Of a stretch of DNA of 37,280 nt, positions 7,742-16,435 are shown piece after piece (position 1 is the first letter of the stretch; every line of letters starts with the position of its first letter). The notes under the pieces are model-generated. The model was not told the DNA's origin and ran no database searches. It saw only the letters and a list, made by a program, of their open reading frames with translations. The stretch covers positions 142,126 through 179,405 of the forward strand of contig JAWCMQ010000002.1 of assembly GCA_039091255.1 (NCBI GenBank), in the 5' to 3' direction. The position numbers and the translations under genes are program-made. Source of the stretch: Candidatus Aenigmatarchaeota archaeon. Its GTDB lineage: Archaea > Aenigmatarchaeota > Aenigmatarchaeia > GW2011-AR5 > JACRAC01.

Positions 7742-8153
7742 ATTCAGGTCGCGGACGACATTTTGATAATCCGTTACTCTGTTTGTAAGCGGACTATTCA
7801 ACGGCTGATTCTCTCATCGCTTGTGTTGATAATTCGCTTTGGCTACCTACGCAAAAGCGGACTATACACAAACTCGAAATCCAGTTTGCAGTCTCCTCTA
7901 CCCAAGACGAAGAAAGAAGCTATGCAACTTCTATCTTGACTTCGGCAATCTTGCCGCTCTTTAGCTCAGAAGCTACCCAGTATAGTCATTGGCGATAACG
8001 AGCGCTCGCAAGTGCGAGCTATTCGTTCATCGCCTCGTTCTGGGACGTATATCGTCAACGCTAAAGCTAGCAGATTGTCAGGAATGTAGACCACAAACTT
8101 TTGCTTTGCGGTTTGCAAAGCCACCGTGTCGTTCGCCGTCAGCGACTTGCTGC
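7742..8153 (-). other. ~412-nt ORF-less insertion in 23S domain V
   Basis: It lies between CCUGGCUGU and GCAGCCAAGGGUG, downstream of the GUCGCUGUCGGCU segment. A GCAGC direct repeat sits at both junctions. There is no ORF long enough for a homing endonuclease. Confidence 0.7.
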
Positions 8154-8313
8154 ACAGCCAGGTGAGGACCAGCCGACAGCGACGCCGCAACGCGCGGGGT
8201 CGATACGAACTCTCACCCGCCACGACACCATTATCCCCGTGGTAGCTTTTCTCATGTCACAAGCCCCTCTCTAGAGCGCTTTCTTGATGTCCTCGCGGAT
8301 TTCATGCATTCTG

Positions 8314-8350
8314 TTCTTTCCGCAAGTGCTTTCTTTCAAGAAAGGGCTTA
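8314..8350 (-). repeat. family-A module copy (divergent) in 23S
   Basis: Sense TAAGCCCTTTCTTGAAAGAAAGCACTTGCGGAAAGAA, inserted upstream of GAAAAGCTACCACGGGGATAA. Confidence 0.75.
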
Positions 8351-8962
8351 TCTAAAGGAACTTGCGTATCGCTAGGTCACGCTTTCGCGTTTGGATTCCA
8401 CGCTGGGCGGAATCCAATCAATCCGGCTTTTGCCCTTGCACTCTACAGGCGATTTCTGACCGCCCTGAGCCGAACTTAGAGGACCCTTGATACCCTTTCA
8501 AGGGTGTGCCGCCCCAGCCAAACTGCCCACCTGTTGCTGTCTTCCGCTTTCGCGAAGTTAGCAATACAAGAAAGATAGGGCAGTGTTACATTTTCGACTC
8601 CACCTCAACTTGCGTCAAGGTTTCTACGTCTCCTGCCTACGCTATACAACCTCGCTCGTACCACAACAACAGACTGCAGTAAAGCTCAACGGGGTCTACT
8701 CTTCCCACCGAAGGTCTCCAGCCCAGTCCCTGGAACGATAGTTTCACCGAGTTCCAACCCGGGACAGCGAAGATCTAGTTAATCTATCATGCAGGCCAGC
8801 ATTTAACTGGCAAGGGATTACGCTACCTTAAGACCCTCAGAGTTAGGGCCGGCCTACAGCGGGGCATAGGCAGGTTGTAACCCGCTTTCACACACCGCTA
8901 GTGGCCACGATTCATCGGCTATACAAGGCCTTTGGGCTTAGCAGCCGACTGCGTTTCTTAAC

Positions 8963-9082
8963 CGGCGAAAACAACATGTTTTGGCTGCGATCATTTTGCA
9001 ACATAATCGCAGCAATACGTTCCAATTCGATTGAGGCTGCTAATTCGTCAATCTTGTCGGAACTTTCAGGCAGTTTTCGCCG
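8963..9082 (-). other. ~120-nt insertion in 23S carrying the family-B hairpin
   Basis: Closed by cggcgaaaac (8963-8972) and gttttcgccg (9073-9082). It follows GGACUGUUUAACAAA. Positions 8983-9016 are ~80% identical to 16S 12924-12960. Confidence 0.65.
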
Positions 9083-10284
9083 TTTGTTAAACAGTCCGAT
9101 CTCCCTTGTCACTGCGACCTGCCCATCGCTGAGCAGGCACGGCTTGTACCGAAGGTACGCCGCCAATTTGCCGAATTCCCTGGGTTGGATTCTCTCGAAC
9201 ACCTTCGCCTTCTCGGCGAGGGGCACCTGTGTCGGTTATAAGTACGGTCGTCTGGCGCCCTCCCCCATCCCATTTTCATGGGCCCGTGGAATTGCCCGAA
9301 GTCTGCATACGCAAACCTACTGGCGCCTTCACGCGATTCTCGTCACGACGACACTCCTCGCGCTTCGGCGCTTGAACAGCGCGACGGCGCTGCTCGGGCT
9401 ATCCAAGGGCGTTTGGAATAGGTTCTACGGACGCCAGCCGGCGCAGGAATATTAACCTGCTTCCCTTTCCCAGCCGTCCAGTTAGGAGGCCGGTTAGGAC
9501 CGGCTAACCCCCAGCAGATAATCTTTACTGGGGAAACCTCGCCCCTCAGGTGGTGGAGATTCTCGCTCCACTCTATGCTACTCCCGGCAGGATTCTCATT
9601 GCTGACCGGTCCACAGCTCCTTAAAGAGCCGCTTCTGCCCAGCCAGCACGCCTCCCTACCGCCATGCGCTCCTCGCGAAGCGCATGACCCGCAGTCTCGG
9701 CAGACCGCTTAGTCCCGTCCATTTTCAGGGCCGAGAGCCTCGATGGGTCCGCTGTTACGCGTTGTTTAAATGATGGCTGCTTCTAAGCCTACATCCCCAC
9801 TGTCTAAGACTCCTGACTCCTTTCGTCACTTAGCGGCCGTTTGGGGGCCTTAACTGCAGTCCGGGTTCACGCCCTCGCGGATGCCAAAATTACTCCGGCA
9901 CCCTCACTCCCCGCGCATGCCACGGACGTATTCGGAGTTCGACGAGATTGCTGGAAGTTTCCCTCCTTGGCAACCTAATCGGTGCTCTACCCCGCCCGCT
10001 TAAGCGCGGAGGCTGTACTCACGCACATTTCGGGAGGAACCAGCTATCACCAGATTCGATTGGCTTTTGGTGTTCGCAAACAACATTGCTCGGAACTTGC
10101 GAAGGGCAAATTCCAAACAGTTTCGCTGTTTGCGAATTTCACCCCTAGACCCAGGTCACCCCAAAGGTTTGGACCATAACGGGTACCGGCCCTCGAGGTC
10201 GCTTTCGCGACCCTTCAGCCTACCCAGGCCTAGATCATCTGGTTTCGGGTCTCAAACCACTGACTAACGCCCTTTCGGACTCGC

Positions 10285-10333
10285 TCTAGCGCAACCTTTT
10301 CCGCCAGCGCTTTTGCGCCAGCAAAAAGGGCTG
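10285..10333 (-). repeat. family-A module copy in 23S domain II region (core 10296-10333)
   Basis: Sense CAGCCCTTTTTGCTGGCGCAAAAGCGCTGGCGGAAAAGGTTGCGCTAGA, between GCCGTAGCGAAA and GCGAGTCCGAAAGGGCG. Confidence 0.8.
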
Positions 10334-10999
10334 TTTCGCTACGGCTTTCGCCTTGCCAGTGGAATGAACTCCCTGCCCCGTTTTTCAAAACGGACGCCGG
10401 TTTACTCTCCGCTTGCGCGGAGCCTTCGCCGGCTAACTGTAGCTGCCTGGTTTCAGGCTCTTTTCAGCGCGTGTTGCCGCTGCTTTTCAGCTTTCCGTCA
10501 CCGTACTAGTGCGCTATCGGACTTGAGGAGTGTTTAGGATTGGAGGTAGATCCCCCCGCATTCCTACTCCCTATCAAGGGAATAGTACTCTGGATACCGC
10601 CAATCTCACTTCTCGGTTTCGCCTACGAGGCTTTCACTCTCTATGGCAGGGCTTTCCAGCCCACTTCGGCTCGCCGAGCGAGAGAGTGCGACGGTCCAAA
10701 CCCCACATCCCACCGCGCTCGTCGCGCGGCGGTTCGGTTTGTCCTATACGGCTTTCAGTCGCCCTTACTTACCGCATCGCGTTTGCTTTCTCTTCCTGCG
10801 CTTACTAAGATGTTTCAATTCTGCGCGTTCGCCTTCACGGCCAGGTTTAACCCCAGCCTCGAATAGAAGGATGTCCCATTAGGCAATCCGTGGTTCAAAG
10901 GCTGCATGCGCCTCGCCACGGCTTATCCCAGCTTGCCAGGACCTTCATCGCCTCTCAAGCCAAGCCATCCTCCAGACAGCATGGGAGCTAGCTTCCTTC

Positions 11000-11021
11000 G
11001 TCCAGACCTATGATGCTTCAT
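11000..11021 (-). repeat. 5' strand of the 23S processing stem
   Basis: gtccagacctatgatgcttcat is the perfect 22-nt complement of 7205-7226. Confidence 0.85.
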
Positions 11022-11226
11022 CGCCGTGCCGACCGGGAAGTCAGCGCGGCTTTACAGCCGCCATGCAAGCAAAGCTTGCGGGCGGTCAGCGATTCGCAGA
11101 GTGCGACCTCCGCCGAACCAAATAGTCAGAGAAACAGCGTGATGAAATCGCCGAAACGATGCCTTCCGCGCTGCACCACACGTGCCTGCCCGCACGAGTG
11201 GGACTCTGACCAGCTCGGTTCTTATC

Positions 11227-11250
11227 ATAACTGCGCGAAGCGCAGCTATT
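11227..11250 (-). repeat. 24-nt spacer hairpin (copy 1), between tRNA-Ala and 23S
   Basis: ataactgcgcgaagcgcagctatt is identical to 11638-11661. It forms a 10-bp helix with a G.U pair in minus sense and an A.C mismatch in plus sense. Confidence 0.75.
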
Positions 11251-11309
11251 AATCCGCGAAGCGGACTACTTCACGCTGCACCATTGTGCAGCGCATCTAT
11301 TTAACTCAA

Positions 11310-11426
11310 TGGACCCGGCGGGATTCGAACCCGCAGCCTCTACCTGCCATGTTTTCCGCCGGCGCTTTTTGCGTCAGCAAAAAGGGCCGTTGCAAGGGTA
11401 GCGATCTTCCATTGATCTACAGGCCC
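11310..11426 (-). tRNA. tRNA-Ala(UGC) with a 44-nt intron at the canonical 37/38 site
   Basis: Sense GGGCCTG TA GATC AATGGAA GATC G CTACC CTTGCA [intron] A GGTAG AGGCT GCGGG TTCGAAT CCCGC CGGGTCC A. It has the G3:U70 alanine identity pair and sits in the usual 16S-23S spacer position. 117 - 44 = 73 nt. No encoded CCA. Confidence 0.85.
11346..11389 (-). repeat. tRNA-Ala intron = family-A module
   Basis: Sense (A)CGGCCCTTTTTGCTGACGCAAAAAGCGCCGGCGGAAAACATGGC. Outer pairs are CGGC/GCCG. Confidence 0.8.
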
Positions 11427-11637
11427 GCATTTGTTCTGCGGGCGCTATTTTATTTAAAGATTCTGAAGATCACTCGGGTTTGGATTTCGAAGGCACGAAC
11501 TTTAGCGCATATCTTGACTGCGCGCAGCGCAGCAAGATGTGCCTGCACACATTTTCGAATTATACTCCATTTCGATTGTTCGCACAATCGTGATCGTGTA
11601 TAATTCGAAAGTTAAGGGTTTCGCTCATCGACCTATG

Positions 11638-11661
11638 ATAACTGCGCGAAGCGCAGCTATT
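11638..11661 (-). repeat. 24-nt spacer hairpin (copy 2), between 16S and tRNA-Ala
   Basis: Identical to 11227-11250. Confidence 0.75.
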
Positions 11662-11882
11662 CGTCCGCCTTTGCGGGCAAAGGTCTAGCATCGCCCCCTC
11701 TTTTGATCAAACTTTTCTTTTAGAAAAGTTTATGGAGGTGATCCAGCCGCACGTTCCCGTACGGCTACCTTGTTACGACTTAGCCCCTCTTGCGGGCATC
11801 TGGTTCGACTTATTCCTGCTCGCCGCATGCTCCGCATGCGGAAGTCTCAGCGTAAGCCTCACCAGAGACCCACTCAATTGGC

Positions 11883-11920
<38 letters not shown>

Positions 11921-11927
11921 GCGAGAG

Positions 11928-12053
11928 ATTTCACAGCAGCAAGCGCATCATTGAGCTGCTACAAAGTGCGCGCAAAGCTCAGTGTCAAGCCTCTACATTC
12001 TTCAACGCTCGCGCTCACCTTTGGCCGGGTTAATCATCTGGCACTTGCCGCTA
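11928..12053 (-). other. ~126-nt insertion in the loop of the GCGAGGG/CTCTCGC helix upstream of TGAATACG (16S)
   Basis: The consensus TCATCA loop is expanded by an unrelated structured segment. It is not family A. Confidence 0.55.
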
Positions 12054-12149
12054 TGATGACCCTCGCTTACTAGGGATTCCGGCTTCATGAGGGCGGGTTG
12101 CAGCCCTCAATCCGAACTAGGCGCAGGTTTAAGAGATTGGCTTCCCCTC

Positions 12150-12226
12150 TCCCGGTCCTTTCCTTTCTCACAGACTCGCGGAAAGTTTTCCGCAAGCGCT
12201 TTCTTTTGTGAAAAGAAAGGGCTTAC
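12150..12226 (-). repeat. 16S insertion with family-A core (12185-12225)
   Basis: It splits GACCCCG|...|GAGGGGAAGCCAATCTC. Core sense is TAAGCCCTTTCTTTTCACAAAAGAAAGCGCTTGCGGAAAAC. Confidence 0.75.
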
Positions 12227-12407
12227 GGGGTCGCATCCCATTGTCCTGCGCATTGTAGGCCCCGTGTATCCCAAGCAAATTCGGGCCATACTGACCTGCC
12301 GTCGCCCACTCCTTCCTCTGATTTAGCACCAGCGGTCCTGCTAGAGTGCACGCCGTCCGGAGACAGCGTTAGCAACTAGCAGCGTGGGTCTCGCTCGTTT
12401 CCTGACT

Positions 12408-12459
12408 ATCTGCAGCCTTGCTGGCGTTTCCGCCAGCGCTTTTCCGCAGAAAAGGGCTG
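12408..12459 (-). repeat. 16S insertion, family A
   Basis: It splits the universal CCTGTTA|AGTCAGG.AACGAGCG. Sense CAGCCCTTTTCTGCGGAAAAGCGCTGGCGGAAACGCCAGCAAGGCTGCAGAT. Confidence 0.85.
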
Positions 12460-12611
12460 TAACAGGACAGCTCACGCCACGAGCTGACGACGGCCATGCA
12501 GCTCCTCTCAGCTTGTCAGGTAAGCCCTTCAGACTGACCCTCATCCTGCTGTCTTTGCTGGTAAGGTTCCCGGCGTTGTATCCAATTAAACCGGAGCCTC
12601 CACCCCTGGTA

Positions 12612-12657
<46 letters not shown>

Positions 12658-12755
12658 CCCCAGGTGGCCCGCTTAACACCTTCGCTCCGACACTGCAGGT
12701 CCTCGTAGGACCTGCAACATCAAGCGGGCATCGTTTACAGCGTGGACTACTGGGG

Positions 12756-12826
12756 TATTTAGGGCCTCTTCATGACTGCGCTGCGGAGTTCTTTTCCGCA
12801 GGCGCTTTTCTTTCAAGAAAAGGGCC
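12756..12826 (-). repeat. 16S insertion, family A core plus 3' extension
   Basis: It splits the universal GGATTAGATA|CCCCAGTAGTCC. Sense GGCCCTTTTCTTGAAAGAAAAGCGCCTGCGGAAAAGAACTCCGCAG...GGCCCTAAATA. Confidence 0.85.
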
Positions 12827-12900
12827 TATCTAATCCCAATCGCTCCCCACGCTTTCATCCCTCACCGTCGGATCTGTCCTAGTGCGGCGCCTTCGCCATT

Positions 12901-12977
12901 CACCCAGAAGGAAATGATGTCATAACTGCGACTATTTGTAATACCATAATCGCAGCAATTTTGCTCACTTCCGTCCG
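12901..12977 (-). other. 16S insertion carrying the family-B hairpin
   Basis: It splits GGACCACCTGA|ATGGCGAAGGCG. Positions 12924-12960 share cataatcgcagcaat and the flanking sequence with 23S 8983-9016. Confidence 0.7.
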
Positions 12978-13006
12978 TCAGGTGGTCCGTTGGAGATTAA
13001 AGGAAT

Positions 13007-13051
13007 GTAAAGTCTTTTCCGCCAGCGCTTTTCGCGCAGCGAAAAGGGCTG
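13007..13051 (-). repeat. 16S insertion, family A
   Basis: It splits GGTAGGGGTAAAA|ATTCCTTTAATC. Sense CAGCCCTTTTCGCTGCGCGAAAAGCGCTGGCGGAAAAGACTTTAC. Confidence 0.85.
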
Positions 13052-13385
13052 TTTTACCCCTACCTCCAACGTACCCCGCACCTCTACCAGTCCCTAGTCC
13101 CGCAGTATCCCTGGCACGCCCTACATTCCAGTATGCGCAGCATCGCTGGAAATTGCGCTTGCGCATATGTCAGCTGCAGGATTTCACCAGAGACTTGCGG
13201 AACCGGCTACGGATGCTTTAGACCCAATAATCGTGAGAACCACTTGTGGCGCGGTTATTACCGCGGCGGCTGGCAACCGTCTTGCCCACCACTTATTCGC
13301 CAAGCTGTTTACACTTGGCAAAAGCCGCAGGAAACCTGCGGCACTCAGGGTCCCCGCCCTCACCATTGCTGGTATTCCCCCAGCA

Positions 13386-13440
13386 CTTCTTGATTTTCCG
13401 CCAGCGCTTTTGCAAAGCGCTAGCAAGCAAGAAGGGCTGT
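13386..13440 (-). repeat. 16S insertion, family A
   Basis: It splits GCGCGAAACCTTCCCAA|TGCTGGGGG. Sense ACAGCCCTTCTTGCTTGCTAGCGCTTTGCAAAAGCGCTGGCGGAAAATCAAGAAG. Confidence 0.8.
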
Positions 13441-13680
13441 TTGGGAAGGTTTCGCGCCTGCTGCGCCCCGTAAGGCCTTGATTCATGTCTCAGAATCAAT
13501 CTCCGGGCTATCACTCTCATGACCCGCACCGATTATCGCCTGGTCGGGCATTTACCCCGACTACGAGCTAATCGGCCGCAGCCTCATCCTTGGGCCCCTC
13601 AGGTTTCAGCAAGGGTGCGTTCTGGCAACCCTTTTGGAGCTCGCATCGCGTTGGCGTTGGAAGCTCGCTTGCTTCACTCT

Positions 13681-13711
13681 TTCTGCCAGCGCTTTCTCCC
13701 AGAAAGGGCTG
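13681..13711 (-). repeat. 16S insertion, family A core (V2 region; true limits uncertain)
   Basis: Sense CAGCCCTTTCTGGGAGAAAGCGCTGGCAGAA. Confidence 0.65.
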
Positions 13712-14285
13712 TTTCCAGCCTCCCTCACCTATGGGGTATTGAGCCCACGTTTGCGGGTGTATCCCCCACCCAAGGGTAGATTAGCTACGTGTTACTGAGC
13801 AGTGCGCCGAGGTCTTGCACCTCTCGACTCGCATGGCTTAGCCGGACCCTGATAGCAGTTCTCTCCGGCGGGATCAACCAGAATTTCGGGTTCGCACTTT
13901 ATTCTAACTAATTTTGCGAAGCAAAATTAGCTATTCCGTTATCCCTGCATTTGGTTCGCCGTTCGTGCCTTCATTGCGCGCAAGCAAGCTCGCGCGTTCA
14001 TCTTCGGCTGTATCATAATTGCCCGCTCCAGATTTGCTGGCGGCAATCATTCCACAACCATCATCGCCCCGCCCGAAGGCACAGGCTCGGAAAACAACCG
14101 CAGTCTGCAACGACTTGTGGTTGAAAGAGATAGATAGTGCTATCTAGTCTCTAATCTTTGACGCGCCGCCGATACCAGACGGCAACGCAAATGCGGGATC
14201 TCCGCAAAAGCTCCCCCGCAAGATTCCTGAACCCCCAGCATGCCTTCCCTTTCACGCTGAGCAAGCTATTCATCAGAAGAAAAAG

Positions 14286-14293
14286 TATATAAA
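14286..14293 (-). promoter_or_regulatory. candidate TATA box of the rRNA operon
   Basis: The reverse complement reads TTTATATA, in the gap between acyP and 16S. This implies a ~370-nt leader. Confidence 0.45.
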
Positions 14294-14313
14294 TATTGTG
14301 AAAGCTGTGACCT

Positions 14314-14583
14314 TTAGCAGCGCACCTCAAACCCCTTCTCGCCGCGCTCCTTTTGCCATTCTGCATCAACACGCTCGACCCGTGCGGTCGAGGGCCCTTT
14401 CTTCAGCGCCTCGAGAAAGCCCTCGAGCACGATGCGCGTGCCTTCTGCAACGACTTCGACGCTGCCGTCCTCGCGGTTTCTAACCCAGCCCGCAAGATTG
14501 AGCTTGTTTGCCGTCTGCTCGACGAATGCTCGGAAGAAGACGCCCTGAACGTGGCCGTGCACGAATGCATGAAGTCGCGGCAT
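14314..14583 (-). CDS. acyP: acylphosphatase
   Basis: HGHVQGVFFR...AGWVRN..DGSVE signature, 89 aa. Confidence 0.9.
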   Translation of the reverse strand: MPRLHAFVHGHVQGVFFRAFVEQTANKLNLAGWVRNREDGSVEVVAEGTRIVLEGFLEALKKGPSTARVERVDAEWQKERGEKGFEVRC

Positions 14584-14604
14584 ACCTATACTTGCGGAGA
14601 AAAA

Positions 14605-15495
14605 CTATAAGTGTAAACTCTGCCTGAAAAAGAGGTCTGCAAGTTTTTCGGATGATATCTTCCCAGCAGTCTCCATGATTATGTCAGCCGCTTTTGCGCC
14701 GTCCATCAAAATTTTGGAAAATGTCGCATCAACATATTCGGAGGGTAGCGTTCCTTTCTCCTCGCAATACAGAATATTATTCAAGACGTTCGATTCGTCC
14801 ACGCCGAGCTCTTTGAGTTCTCCGCCGCTGACATAGACGAGTTGGGAACGGCCGCCTACACCTATGTTCTTCCACGCCGAACGTGTCGCCTGCATGAGGA
14901 TTTTCGCTCCTTTAGGGAGTGGAATGTTATCTCTATCATTAGGGTCCATGGCGTTAATTGCATCTCCGATAACTATGTGAGCCCTGTCCGAGCCCGAACC
15001 AATGGTGTGGAATCTGTTAAACGTCCACGTGCGACTTGTGCCCGGGTAACTGATGGTGAAAATTTCAAAGTTGCCATCTTTGTCAAGGCCTCCAAGCATA
15101 AGCCCAACGTCTTGGCTTCTTGGGTCGCTTAGGGCTTCGAAAAGTGTTTTGTGGATGTTCATTTCTAAAGCGTTCGGCCTCTTGAAGTCTTCCCATGTCG
15201 CATTGTATCGCTTCAACATCGACTCCTCGAATTTTTCGTCGCGACACTTTAGATAAGCGTTTTTGGCAATGCCAAGAATTTCACGGACGTCATCCGTTTT
15301 GGCCCGCGATGAAATCGCTGCTATAATTTCATCAGCATAATGCGCATCCCCAGCCATTCCGATAAAGGACCGTGTCGAGGCAACTCTGCGAATTTTTTTA
15401 ATAAAATCGTAGGTTCGGCCCCCGATGCTTTCGCGCTCATCGGCGCATCCGATGCCGGAATTTTTGTCAAGTTTCAGATAACTGACAACCGTCAT
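14605..15495 (-). CDS. divergent proteasome-beta/HslV-like Ntn hydrolase (T1-type), 296 aa
   Basis: It begins M-T-V-V (Thr directly after Met). Asp at about mature position 18 (GCADERES), Lys at about 32-33 (FIKKIRRV), and a later HTIGSGSD (GSG) motif. Confidence 0.5.
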   Translation of the reverse strand: MTVVSYLKLDKNSGIGCADERESIGGRTYDFIKKIRRVASTRSFIGMAGDAHYADEIIAAISSRAKTDDVREILGIAKNAYLKCRDEKFEESMLKRYNATWEDFKRPNALEMNIHKTLFEALSDPRSQDVGLMLGGLDKDGNFEIFTISYPGTSRTWTFNRFHTIGSGSDRAHIVIGDAINAMDPNDRDNIPLPKGAKILMQATRSAWKNIGVGGRSQLVYVSGGELKELGVDESNVLNNILYCEEKGTLPSEYVDATFSKILMDGAKAADIIMETAGKISSEKLADLFFRQSLHL

Positions 15496-15593
15496 TTTAG
15501 CACCATTTAGTCACCAATAGGAAGTGATGTTTTAAAAAGTTTCCAACGCCCCCCACCTAAACGATTTATATCGCCGTCGGTAGAACATATCGC

Positions 15594-16097
15594 ATGGCAA
15601 TCCACCTCGCCCAGCGCATCGGCGTCTTCGCTGATGTTTCTAACCTTTACCATTCTGCAAAGCACCTTTACGGTGCCAAAGTTAATTACAAGGAGCTTCT
15701 CAAGGCGGCTACGCGCGACCGCGCGCTCATCCGAGCCATTGCGTATGTAATCCGTGCCGAGGAAATGGGCGAAAGCAAGTTCTTTGAAGCACTAGGCCAC
15801 TCGGGGTGGGAGGTCAAGGCAAAGGACTTGCAGGTGTTTGCTGGCGGCGCAAAGAAAGGCGACTGGGATACAGGCATAGCAATGGACGCAATCGAACTTG
15901 CGCCCAAGCTTGACGTCGTCGTACTCGTCAGCGGCGATGGCGACTACGTGCCATTGGTCGAGCACCTTAAGCGCGCGTCGGCATGCCGCGTCGAAGTGAT
16001 CGCATTCGGCAAATCAGCATCGGGTAAGCTGATAGAAGCCGCCGACGAGTTCATCGACCTAGACAAGGAGCCGAAGCGTTTTCTGATGAAAAAATGA
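15594..16097 (+). CDS. NYN/LabA-like domain protein
   Basis: IGVFADVSNLY...DWDTGIAMDAIE...VVLVSGDGDYVPLVEHLK is the LabA/NYN pattern. TTTATAT box at about 15565. Confidence 0.8.
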   Translation: MAIHLAQRIGVFADVSNLYHSAKHLYGAKVNYKELLKAATRDRALIRAIAYVIRAEEMGESKFFEALGHSGWEVKAKDLQVFAGGAKKGDWDTGIAMDAIELAPKLDVVVLVSGDGDYVPLVEHLKRASACRVEVIAFGKSASGKLIEAADEFIDLDKEPKRFLMKK

Positions 16098-16242
16098 GCG
16101 TTGGGCGTTTTTCTATTACCACAAGCTATAATGGTTCAGGAACGGCGTGAACTGGTGGTAAACCGCTCGCCGAGCAGCAGAGTTCTCAAAATGCGGCAAA
16201 TGCGAACGCATGGATAGCTTGCGCTTATGTTCGCTGACGGAA

Positions 16243-16374
16243 TGCGGGGGACGAGATTTGAACTCGCGCACGCACTAAGCGACAGGCTCCTCAAGCCTGC
16301 TCCTATAGCCGCCCTCTCTGCTGGCGCCTTATGCGCCCGCAAAAAGATCATTGGCCAGGCTCGGACACCCCCGC
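16243..16374 (-). tRNA. tRNA-Leu(GAG) with a 46-nt D-loop intron
   Basis: Sense GCGGGGG TG TCC GAGCCTGGCCAA [intron] A GGA G CAGGC TTGAGGA GCCTG TCGCTTAGTGCGTGC GCGAG TTCAAAT CTCGT CCCCCGC A. 132 - 46 = 86 nt, class II. Confidence 0.8.
16305..16350 (-). repeat. tRNA-Leu D-loop intron, divergent family-A relative
   Basis: Sense TGATCTTTTTGCGGGCGCATAAGGCGCCAGCAGAGAGGGCGGCTAT. Confidence 0.6.
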
Positions 16375-16435
16375 GCCTTAACCGATTTAAAGACATGAGC
16401 CTTAACAGATTTAAGCATCGTGGTCGCGTGAAACA

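Larger units (their letters stand above)
7330..10985 (-). rRNA. 23S rRNA gene, ~3.65 kb including at least five insertions (ends +/-30 nt)
   Basis: Reverse complement contains GGATGGCTTGGCTTGAGAGGCGATGAAGG (5' end), GACCCGAAACC, AACCGACACAGGTG, GGACTGTTTAACAAA, TAAGGTAGCGTAATC, GGGGATAA, GTTCAGAACGGCGTGAGCCAGTTTGGTC and CTGAAGGCAT...CTAAGG. Confidence 0.9.

Noticed and set aside
7742-8153. The 412-nt 23S insert as a group I intron.
   Set aside because: With the GCAGC junction repeat, no boundary gives both a 5' exon ending in U and an intron ending in G. I could not recognise P7/P3-type elements by eye. This remains to be tested with covariance models.
8912-9226. A 104-aa minus-strand ORF overlapping the 23S insertion at 8963-9082, considered as a degenerate homing endonuclease.
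   Set aside because: Most of the frame runs through conserved 23S sequence (AACCGACACAGGTG ... GGACTGTTTAACAAA). There is no LAGLIDADG-like motif, and the insert itself is only ~120 nt.
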